From Thalia democratica (Eukaryota), in contig OZ241829.1 of the NCBI GenBank assembly GCA_965202585.1, positions 18,228,001 through 18,292,000 on the forward strand: a stretch of 64,000 bases of DNA, given 5' to 3'. The stretch's first letter is position 1, and each line of letters begins with the position of its first letter. The translations under genes and the position numbers were made by a program. A model generated the notes under the pieces. That model had not been told where the DNA came from, did not search any database, and saw nothing but the letters and a program-made list of their open reading frames with translations. Below are positions 1 through 11,649 of this stretch, piece after piece.

Positions 1-1195
1 AAAATTTAGCATCATTTAATTAAAGCAAAGAATCAAAGCTTTGTACAGTTAAACGGATATTTTATCTTTACGAACAAAAACTATGCAATTAAAATTTTAA
101 CCGAGTTTATAGTACGAATAAATTAGTTTTATATGTGGACTGTAGAAATAACTGGATAAGTTTTAACTCTATAAATTTTATTATATGTTTTGGTTTTAAG
201 AAAATAAATAGAGAGATCTCAACTACTGGAGGAGAAATAATGAATTTATTCTTTTAAGAATTTATTTGACTAACTAAGTTTCGGTCAAAGACCTCGTCAG
301 TGCTTAAATAATTTCAAAATTTCTTCTTAAAAAACTAAACAAATCAAATTTTAATATTATGACTGAGTTTAAGGTAAATTTTAGATTTTAGTTAAGTTTT
401 AAAATCAATATAACAACAATAATAATAATAATAGCTGTATGTAGCTTTCTTTTTCTTCTAGTTAATTTACAAAGTAAACATTACTTAAGCAAAAGTGTAA
501 TTAATAAAGTGATCTTAAAATTGAGTTGAATTTAATGTAGCTTATTTTTATTTTGAATATTTATTTTATTTATATGAATATAAATTTTATTATGACTTTT
601 CGAAAAATTTTGTGTACAAACGTTTTAGTGTCAAAATATACCTTTAAAGATAAAAACTAAAAGTAAAATAATACTTTAGAGAGTTAAACATTATTTGACA
701 TTAGAATAATTTCTTTCAAACTATATAAATGAGACTCAATTTTTAGAACAAGATATATTTCATGCTTCTTTCATCAGTTGAATACTAAGCAATAAAAATA
801 AAAATAATAATATTATAACTTTAGAGAGTTATAATAGAAACGACTACATAGCTAACAGTTACATTTTCTTAGCATAAGTGTTAGTTAAATTCATTAATTA
901 TTATCTAATAATAAATAAAGTTAAACAAGTTACAAATACTGAGATGTAGTTGCAACGACATATTTAACCGGTTAAAAAACAAGTTGCTCTATGGTGTTTA
1001 CCAGATATGATAAAAAAAAAGTTTGTTAATAATTCTAATATGCATGAATTAGATTTATTTTAGAAACTGTGTACAACAAGAAAATTTTTCTTAATTAAGC
1101 ATACCAGAATATATAAATAGAAAAATAAATAATCTAATTCTAAATATTAAGCATTATTATATGTTTAATTTAAAAAGCAAACAATGCATGCTTAC

Positions 1196-1390
1196 TTTTT
1201 TTGCATTCAAAATCAAATTCACTCCATTGACTGTTACTTTCACACGACAGAACAGCTGGGTTGATGTCGCTAAAACTAAAACCTTCTTCGCACATGTACC
1301 TGACTTCCGCGCCTTCCAAAAATTCCCCTTCAGTAAAACCGTAATCAGCAACCAACCTCATGTTCAGCCCTTCAGGAGGTTGTTGACACT
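1196..1390 (-). CDS. CCP exon 2 of the inverted paralog
   Basis: Reverse complement of 28324-28518; intact splice sites (aag|..|gtaag); CQQPPEG..YMCEEGF..WSEFDFEC. Confidence 0.85.
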
Positions 1391-2236
1391 CTTGAAAAAA
1401 ACAATGGATGTTGTTTTGTTAAATAAAGTTTAAACTAAAACAGTAGCAAAAAAAAAAGATTTAAACCTAATTGATTTAACAGTAGGAATTTACTTTTGTA
1501 AATCAAAAGTATTTTAATCACTAGTTCAAAAAATTAGCTTGAACAAAACATTAAAATAGTTATTTATCTGAATTTAAAACTGATGGATAGGTGAATTTGA
1601 TACATTTTTATATTTGTGGTCAAACTTAGCTATCAAATAAATAAACCTTTTAAAAAGCATCTGATAAAATGTTACGAGTTTACCTTTGTAGAAAAAAGTG
1701 CATGTTTAGTTAATAAACACTCTGAATAAAGATTACTGATTGTTTAAATACGAACTAATTACAATCAACAAAAACAATTGATTTTTTTCTCATTGAATAA
1801 AAATACAAACAGTTTTAACTTTTATTCTTTAAAATTCGAATAACTTTTTGTGTTAAATGATTTAGATAGAACTATAAACAAATGCTTATAGTACAAACTT
1901 GTTTAAGTAAAGCACAAAAAAAAACTTTATTTTAGTTATTTAAAAAATATACCACTTAAAATAGATTCGAAAAAGTTAGATTTAAAAAGTTCGGATAATT
2001 CAGGCTGTTAATTCAAAAGTACATGCATGTTTAATTGTAATTATGAATGAATAATACATATAGAAACAAAATTGATAAAACATATTTGCTTGTTCATCAA
2101 TTTATAAGGTTTAATCTTGAAAAAAAATTTCATTAAATACAACATACTTTAAGTTTATAACATAGTAAATTTACTTATAAGGGCATAGACTAAACAAATA
2201 CCAACTTTTATTACACATATTGTTTTTAAAACTCAC

Positions 2237-2428
2237 TTATTTTTAAACAAACGGGCGGATATCCCTTATTCCATTCGTAAGTTCCGTTTTCCAAACATTT
2301 CAACAAATCAGAAGAGTTTTGGTTGATGTAGTAACCCTGATTACACTCGTACTTATATGTAGACCCGTTTGTGGGCACATTTGGACCAGTATAATGCCCG
2401 TTTTCAAGTTTTGGTGGTTCACTGCAAA
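2237..2428 (-). CDS. CCP exon 1 of the inverted paralog
   Basis: Reverse complement of 27284-27475, 3 substitutions seen, splice sites intact. Confidence 0.85.
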
Positions 2429-2630
2429 CTAAAGTATTTGTGATATTAAAATATGTATTTAAACGTATCTAAAATTCATAAACTATATTTAGTTCTAGAT
2501 GAAAATAAGCATTTAAACTTTGATTTGACTAAGGCTACTGTAGGATAAAAAACATTATCATAAGTTATTATATTTTTTATTTATTTCGTAAATCACATTA
2601 AACAGCAACTTATTGTAATATTAAACTAAC

Positions 2631-2682
2631 TTATTAAAGTTTGCCAAACTATGGATATTATACCACAAGATGAGCACTGCAT
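2631..2682 (-). CDS. Candidate first coding exon of the inverted paralog
   Basis: Mirror of 27004-27055. Confidence 0.33.
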
Positions 2683-3832
2683 TTACTTCATTCCAAGTTA
2701 AAAAAGATACTTTCCAGACAGTTTTAGTTACACCTAAATTAGTTAGATAGTTTAAAAGTAAAAAAAAGTAAATATATAAATCCTACGATTTTACAGTATA
2801 CAGTTTAATTTATTATGAAGCTTAAATTATTTTTTTGTAGAGTTTATGAAGATCTTTCACTAGTTCAAGTTCAGTATTTAAAAATAAGCTTTTTAAACTA
2901 AATAGATTAATTTAGATACATTTTAGCGGTTATTTTGTTTGGTTTAAACACATCTTAAACCATCAGCAGTCTAATGAAAAGTACTAAATATAGTATAAAA
3001 ATAAATCTTTGATTCTTTATATTTTTTCTTTAATATACTTTCAATCAATTAGCAACTACTAGTAGATAAAAAATTGTTTTATCATTTAGTTAGCTTTTTC
3101 CATATTATTTTCTCAAACTTAAATAATATTAAGTTGCAGAAATGATTTTAGAGTATTCAGTTTTATCATTTAGTCTCTGTATAAATAACTACATGCATAG
3201 CTACATTATTCAAGATATAAAAAAAAACCTTTGGTTCTAAACTTCAATTTATCACAAACAATCAAAAAAAATTAAGAAAAGGTGTTAAACTTATTAATCA
3301 TAATATGCTTCTTAAAAAAATTATGAATTTCAAAAACTAATTGCACAAATATTACAAAATAGAATATTTATCGCTAAAACTTCAAAAACAAACAACTTAT
3401 ATTAATCATATCATAGAATATAAACCTTATTTTACAATCACAAAATAGTTTGTTCATATAAAAATATTTTTTTAATTAAGTTTGAATAAGTATACATTTT
3501 GTTTATAAACTTTTCTTAAAAGTCTTAAAGTACAATAAAAGACCAACCTTTGTATTTCCACTTTGATGTTTCCTAGTTTCTTTGGTCTTTTTAATTAAAC
3601 GTTTGTTTACAATCATCAAAAAAACAGAAACTTAAAAAAATTTCATACAAGAAAGACTTGTAGTATTTACCAAAATATAAAGTCAATAAATTTTTAAGTT
3701 TATCTCATATTTATAAATGACGTAATAATTGCTTTACGCAGTTAAAAAAGTTTTGAGTCAATTGCATTCAACATAAGGTTTTAGCTGTTTTAGTAGTAAA
3801 GTATCAATTAAATTTTCAAAAAGTGTATAAAC

Positions 3833-4156
3833 CAGGGATTGAAAACCTTTTTAAAGTCGCGTGCCAATTTTCCTTGAAAAAGTTGCTCGCCGCCTGCACA
3901 GTTTAAAAAAAGTCTATTGCGGGCCGCAGATAGTAAATAAAAATGTACTGACCAACATAAAAAAACTGTTTTATAGCAAAAAAGTGATAATAACTATAGT
4001 AAAGCACTAGTAATTAATATTTATAAAATTAAGAGCATAATAGAAAGCTTTTACAACAATAAGTTTTCTTATTGCTGTTTTCATAAAAGTATGCTCTGAT
4101 CAACAAAAGTACATCGTTAACTGCAGTTTTTGAGGGTCGAAGTTTTCCGACCCCTG
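3833..4156. mobile_element. hAT-type MITE (left-arm copy)
   Basis: CAGGG...CCCTG termini; 8-bp flanks gtataaac/gtttaaac. Confidence 0.8.
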
Positions 4157-6769
4157 GTTTAAACAGTTAGGTTTTACATATAGAAACATATCATTTATTC
4201 ATTTAAACACTTTTTTCAGATTTAGATATCAACCTTCGATCAATAAAACACCTAAAGTTAAACATTATTTTGATAATATGTTGAGTAAAATATTGATATT
4301 TTGTCTCTTTACATGTATTGGTACAATACTTTTCATATCACACTTCACTTGCAATCCGAATATTTTTTAACTAAGTCAGGAATCAAAAATACTTACTACA
4401 TACTTTTAATAGTTTATATCTACAACGTTTTGTCTCAAAAAAAAACTATAAAAATCTTACATTTCGTTAGGTTAAGTAAAATAGAAAAACAGATAATTGT
4501 GAATCAAGCGTAAACGATTTAAACAGTCTAATTTATAGAAATAATGCTGAGAAAACAATTTTTTACTGAGTTACGAAAAAGAAAACATATAAATAGCTAA
4601 CTCTATGGTTTTATTATCACAATTTAAGCATGCAAGTCATTCATAGTCAACAAACTTAAAATTCGTTTAAGATAAACATAGGCGTTTTAAAAAAATCTAT
4701 AGATATTTTGAAATCCAAACTTTAAAATTTTATAATTAAATCTTAATTCAGATTCTCTTAAAAAAGTCTGGACAATACTAGTTTTTGAATGTTTTTTGTT
4801 TCTTTATAAATTTGAGCTAAACTGTTGTAGTTAAATAATGCTGGTAATTAAAATACAAACTAATTAGTTCTACTTGAGCAGTTTCAAATAAATAGTCAAC
4901 ACATATGCTAATCAAACTTACGTTTTGTTTATGATCAGGTTTTAGTTAAAAAAATTGGATTTTAAATTTACTTACTCTTCTTATTTTTATTTATTTACTA
5001 AATGTAATTGTTATTATAATACCAAATACAACTTCTAAGTAAGTTTATTGATATATCGAACTTAATATAAATGTAAATTAGCTATATAAAGTTAAAACAT
5101 TTTCCTAAATTCATAATTACAGGTTAATAAAGTCTTCATGGAAGACCATGATTTCAAATCACTTTTAAAAGACCTTAATATAACAATATATCCGAAATAC
5201 TCCGAAGAGGTTGCTTGTTTACTTTGTTAAGCTAGTTAGTTTCTTAAATGTTAAAAAGTGGTTGCTATTGTATTGTAAATACAACTTTATAACATTGTGA
5301 ACTACAAATAATTACAACTACAAAATACTACATACGGAGCAGACTGTCTTCTAAACATTAAAGAATTGCTGAACACTATTCTATACTAATTTAAAAAGAA
5401 GATTGAGTACGCTTGAGCTTAGCGTGCAAAAAAAATAAGAGGTAGTAAAACACGCTATCATGTAAACTAGTAGACTTTTATTTTAAAACTTTTTTTTCAT
5501 CATTAATTTTGAAGTGTAGACAACCAGTTGAATAGAAACATTATAAAAATATAATCTTGTGTTATTAAGAAAAAACAGTTTAACTTTTTCCTTGTAAGTG
5601 AGAGCTTAGAATATTAATTTGTGTTGTTTCTTTCATATTTATTCAAATTAGCAGATAATTTTATTAAAGTATAGTTTAACATAAAAACTTTGATAAAAAA
5701 TTTAGATAAATAGTTAATTTAACAGTTAGTTGCGTATTAATATATTTCAAAGGTGTAAAACTCTGTGACCAAGAGGTTTTTTCGCGCTCCCAGGTCCTTG
5801 AGTTATTTTTTGAGAATTTTCGTTTTTTTGTATTTGTTCAATAAACTTATGATAACAGGGAAACCTTGTGGTAGCGATAAATAATGTGATTTTGGGTGCA
5901 CGACTATTCAAATTCGGACAATTGAAATTCAAAGAATCTTAAAAAAAATTGAAAGCGCCACAGCTAAAAAAGTGAAGTATATTGGTCAAATATATAAAAT
6001 AAGTATGTGGGTCCTATTTATATCTACAAGCCAATTTTTATTTTTGAAAAACACTAAACACTTTTTGAGATATGGCTTAAATAAAGTAAAAAACATCGTT
6101 ATTTTTAGGAATTTAAATTTATATTTAAAAATATTTAAGACTTTAAAAAAAACGAAACCGTGGCTTGTAAATATTAATAAGGTCTACATATGTGATTTTA
6201 AATTTATATTATACTTTGAGATATAGTATTTAAATTAAAAAAATTTTAAAACTTGAATTTTTTAAATTTAAGCTGTCCCAATTTGAATTGTTATGAAACC
6301 TGTGAAATTTTTTCCATGTTCATTGCATAGTTTTTAATAAACAAAATGTTTTCCAAATCAAGCAATTTAAGATTGTTTATAAGATTATAGACCTTTATTC
6401 AAAAAAAAATGCTAGTTCCTATAATAAAAAAATTACTTTAACTCGCTACCATCAAAAAAAAAAATCTAGTAAAAAAAATTTAAATTAACTCAAGCATACC
6501 TTACAATGTTCACTTCACAACTAAAGGGTATACTCACGATTCCCAACTGCAAACAATTCCTACCCGCACAATTCACTCCCAATTTCATTTATTTGATTTA
6601 ATTTTACATTGTTTGTAGGTTTTAATATCAGTGTTACACCTAAACCTTATCCTTGATCTGTAAGCAGTTCTCGAATTTTATTTGGTAGGAATTATGGCAG
6701 GTTGTAACTGAGCAGATCTCCAATTAGAGGCACAAACTGGTACAGTGCATACTCACTTATCCGGGCATG

Positions 6770-7080
6770 TTTGGCAAGATTTTTCTGTAGACATGTCCGG
6801 ATAAGTACAACAGTTTATTTTAATAAAATAATATAACTGCTGTATATTGTGCAATGCATAATAATTAAAAAAAAATCAGGTCATTTTTTTCTGCTTTACA
6901 CTTTTCTTAACTTTTCAAAATGTCGTACAAAGTCAACTGAGCTACCTATGCCAAACTGCTCGATAATAAAAGACTCTGGCACATTGTTTTTTACCGTTTT
7001 ACAAAACTCTAGTTTATTTTCAAATTTTAAGCAACTCGTTTTGTCTATTTTTTGATACCTTGTCCGTTTCTACAACCTTG
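6770..7080 (-). mobile_element. Possible pogo/Tigger-like transposase 5' remnant (mirror at about 22310-22620, +)
   Basis: Degenerate reading ..LA*VAQLTLYDILKS*EK resembles a CENP-B/psq HTH; stops present. Confidence 0.3.
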
Positions 7081-8132
7081 TATGTTAAGTGTGTCAAAGT
7101 CATATAACTTATAAATAAAAACAAAAAAAAATTTTTGAATTAACAACTTTCATTATATAACTTGAAGTAAATTGATAGACCATAAAAAAATATTTTACAT
7201 TAACTTTCTGAAAAAGCTTAGAATTTAATCATTTATCAATGAAACTTCCAAAGTTTAAATAACAAACTTTAAGTCAAATTTTTGATAATTTAATGTGACT
7301 TTTTTTAAAACTGACTTACTTTACATACAAAAGTTTTCAATAACTAAAATAATTTTTAACAAAGTTTAAATAGAAGCTCTAGTAATATTACTACGTAAAA
7401 ATGATGAACTAAAATGCAGAATTCATGAAATTACTTGAAATTTTCTTACAGCATGAAAACTTAAAAATTTATATCTCACAAAAATTTTTGTGTTTAATAC
7501 TGAATTTTTTTATGCTTTCTTCTTGACTTAAACTGTCCGTATAATATGAAATTCGGGTAAGTGAAAAAGCACTGCACTGTTTTTTTACAAAAATTAAATA
7601 AGCAATTTTCTTAAAATGTTTTTCGAACACTACTCAGTTTGTAAGTGTTTTCTGTAACATACTATGCAGTATTTATACAAACAAAATGTTTCTAAATCAA
7701 AAGGTTTTTATAAAACTATAGTTCTTAATACGAATATTGATTACCAAAATAAAGTATAATTACCAGTAAAAATAAACAAGAGTTAATCAAAAATTACTTA
7801 TTAAGAATACTTCAATTTAATTTACATATTTAAGTGAAAATCCCAAAATCTCATTACTAGTTTAAAAAATCAAAAATCACAAATTGATACTGACAATCCA
7901 CTATATTACTTACTGTACAATTTTAATATGACTCTCTTAGTTTTATCGTAAAACGGTTTAAATTGGTTAAATTTATTTTAAGTCCCTTTTTAACATTTAA
8001 TAACCGTTAAACAAGTTTTAAAGCTTCAGCTTAACAGTTTAAAAGAGTTTGTTAACAAAAACAATTATTATAAGTCAAAAACTAAAGAGAATACTTTAAA
8101 ATGGTTTATCATTTGAAAGCCTAAAACAAGCT

Positions 8133-8429
8133 CAGGGGTCGGCTACCTTTTGTAAGTCGCGGGCTATTCTAGAATAAGTTTCTCGCGGGCCGCACTGTAT
8201 AAGAAAATCCTTCGCCGGCAGCAGTTACTTCAAAAGATTTGTAGTAATCAACAAAACATATTTTTCTATACCACAATATGACAAAATAAGCAACAATAAA
8301 CAACAAGTAACGAGTTGTTACTGAATTAAGAACCTAGTTGTAAATTTGTGAGCCAATTTAGGCCGACTCAATTATTCTTATTACTAGTGGAGTTTATTGT
8401 GCGAAGATAGAATCGGGCATTAAAACCTG
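8133..8429. mobile_element. hAT-type MITE related to 3833-4156
   Basis: CAGGGGTCGG...AAACCTG; shares the internal AAGTCGCG and GCGGGCCGCA motifs; no clean TSD. Confidence 0.6.
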
Positions 8430-8699
8430 AGCTGCTTAAACAATACACACGAAAAAAAAACAAACAAATTACATTGAATGAATAAAAACTTAACATAACA
8501 TAGTAAAAAATTACAAACAAATAGCCCTATATAATCAATTATAACTTAGTATGCACAAAAAACGAAACGAAATAAAATCTCATATAAAAATTTATGCATT
8601 GACTATAAAAGATTACAAAGTTAAAAATTATTTATAACAACTTATAATCTGTAGGGGGAAGGTGTAGGGAAGAAAAAATATTCTTGATGATATTAATAC

Positions 8700-10300
8700 T
8701 TTAAAATAAGTAAATAAAAGTTACTTCAAACCATCATTATAATGATTTTTTAATCGATAATCACTGTATTTTACTTGTGTTTATATTATTTAAATCTAGT
8801 TTTTTTAGTTTGAATCGAAAATGTTCCACTCTCCTACACGAAACCATATCCTGCGGTAACTTATTCCACATATTTATTTTTCTGCAGAAAAAAGAATTTT
8901 GCAACTGACTGTTATTAAAATTATAATTACATTTTATTTTTTATCATTTCCTCTTAAATTATAACTGGTCTGAGAAAAAAACAAAAAACTGATTGAAAAA
9001 CTCTTTATGTTTACCATTAACAATTTTAAAAAGTGTTATCAAATCAAACTGCCATCTTCTATACTCTAGAGACTCCAATCTGAGCTTTATCAATCTATAT
9101 TTGTATTTGGTATTTGAAATGTTGCAACAAACAAAACGGGTAATTTTTTTTTGCACAGACTCAATCTTATTATTTATCAGAGTCTTTTTTTAAATAGGGG
9201 GACCATATTTGGGTATTGTATTCGAGTTTAGGAGGAACGTAGATTTTGTAAAGTTTAGTAAGAATACTAGCAGAAACTGGTCTTAAAGCATTTAAGTATT
9301 TCACAAAATGAATTTTGAGCAACTTTATATAAATAAATTACATGTTTGCTCCATTTTAGATTTTCAGATATATATATTCCTAAGTGTTTAAAAAATTTAC
9401 TGCTGGTATTTTAGTTTTATTAATTAAGTGGTTAATAGGGAAGGGTATATTTTTATTAATGTTTAGAACTTGACATTTTTTTGGATTTAAATCAAGTTTG
9501 TTTTCAGCCATTCGTGAATATTATCTAAAATTAATTGTAAAGTAGTTTCTGACCTGCTAAATAACTAAAAAAAAAAAGGACCAACGACTCCACCTTGTGG
9601 TGTGGTACTCTACTGTGAATTTTCAAAGGATGTGATAATGCGTAATTAATGAGTACACTTTGTGTCCTACTATTTAAAAATTCGTTTAACCAATTCACTA
9701 AGTTATCATCAAAATTATAATCAGTTATAGTTTTAAATAATCTTATGTGTGACACAGAGTCAAAAGCTTTTTTGATGTCAGTTTAGATTACTCTGACTGA
9801 TTCATTGTTCAAGTAAGTTGTTAACCAAGTATACGAATATGTCAATAGTTGAATTCCTGATGATCGGTGGGGAACAAAGCCAAGTTGTTTTGGTGTTAAT
9901 AGATTAAAGTTGAAAAGGTGATTAAACAATTTTTGAGAAATAATGTATTCAAAAATTCGGAAAAACGTACTGGTTAAAGAAATTGGCTTATAATTTAATG
10001 GGTCGTGTTTGATACTTTTTTTATATACTGGAATTTCATAAGGTTTTTTCCATTGTTTAGGTGTTTCTGATAATGCTAGGGATCAATTATAAATTAATAA
10101 TAAAGGAAAAACTAGTGATGGAATAGCATGCTTAATAAAATAAGGTTGAGCTTTTTCATGCGTTCTGATGATTTTATCTTTAAGATGCTTAGACGATGTG
10201 TTAATATCTTTATAATTTATAAAAAATACTTTTCATTTTAGTGCATTTTTGTTTAGGTTTGATGATTTTGATGTTGTTTAAATACATTTTGAAAATGTAA
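8700..10300 (-). mobile_element. Decayed CR1/L2-like LINE ORF2 (left-arm copy); boundaries approximate
   Basis: RT-region motifs on the - strand (DIKKAFDSVSH, VLIN..VP, LRLESLEYRR..DLITLFKIV). Confidence 0.85.
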
Positions 10301-11649
10301 TTAGGAATACCGCTGTTTGTAGTAAAAAGTAATAATCTTAATGTTTTAGCAACATATTCATAATAAAAACTCAATATTAATAGCAATTAGTTATTGAGTT
10401 AACATTACGTCCTTTCAAAAAATTAAAATACAAACAATATACTTTAAAGCAGAGTATTTACAATTGTTTTCTGGATAGGAATAATTCATATTACGAAAAT
10501 GAAATAGAAAACAAAGATAAAATAAATTAATAAACAAACAGTTTTTGATATTTTATATTGGTTAGTAGAATTAACAATTTTATTTGTTTTTTATTAACTG
10601 TTTCTGGTCTATATCTCTTATAATTTATTATTAATTTTTTTTATTTTGTATGCTTAATTAAAATCATGAAGTTTGTTGAAAGTTGAAAATACATTGCATA
10701 ACCATAAAAAAATAAAACACAAAAATAAAGGATCGTACAATTTAAAATTAATTTTTAAGTTTATTGATGGGAAAATTAGTCTTGAAAACTTTTAGTGTGG
10801 TAGAGCAAAGCTCTTTTAAATACTTAAATGTTTAATAAAATTATTAAGTTTTACTGAAGTTTAAAAGTTTTTTGTTCAGTAGTGTTTACTAGGAGAGATG
10901 ATCTGTTTAGTGAGTAACATAACTTTATTGTTTTAATATTAATTTTATATCAGTTCTAGATTAAAAACTGTAAATTTGTTGTGCTAATTAGTAACACGAC
11001 AACCAGGTTTACTATCATTTCTAATTCGCTATCATTTCTAACCCGATTATTTCATAACCGACTTTGTTTTAAATTTATTATTTTCATCCTTAAACTACTA
11101 CCTAACTTTGCAAAAAAAACCTACTTAAAAGTCATTTGTAGCTCTACCTATAAACATCTTTTAAATAAATAATACTTAAGTACTTATATATTGTTTTACG
11201 TATTAAAGATGGTTGCCATTTTGTAAGTAAAAGAAAAATAGCCTGAGTAAAATCAAAACAGGCTTAGTAGAAGAAAACTTGAAAACATAATTAATACATA
11301 GCAAGGTTTAAAAATCAACATTAGAAAACTTTAGTTAACAGAGTAAAGTGAAAAACAAATTATTAAACAAGATATAAGAATGAAAAACGGTTTTAAGGTA
11401 CTTAAAAAAATATGAATCAGAATGAGTCAACTTTACCAAGACAATGAATCTACAATACTTAGTCAGAAACTAAGACGACAATCATTAAAATTTAAGTGAA
11501 AATTTGAGTCATTTTTTTGATTAAGAAATTTCTGAACACAAAATTTTCTTTGTTCTGAAAATATTTTTTTTTTACAGAATTTAAAAGCTAGATATTACAG
11601 CTAAAATTAATTATGTTATTTTGTTGAGTTCGGATTTATTGGGTCAGTG

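Larger units (their letters stand above)
1..11062 (-). repeat. Left arm of large inverted duplication (continues upstream of window)
   Basis: Position 1 pairs with 29153; collinear mirrored exons, MITEs and LINE; similarity ends near 11062. Confidence 0.95.

Noticed and set aside
5747-6226. ORFs conserved in two places (mirrored at 23166-23649; also 6849-7055 and 22335-22541)
   Set aside because: Conservation follows from the inverted duplication; no domain or splice pattern recognised.
8652-8672. G-rich tract as a G-quadruplex
   Set aside because: Lacks four clean G-runs and is part of the LINE 3' region.
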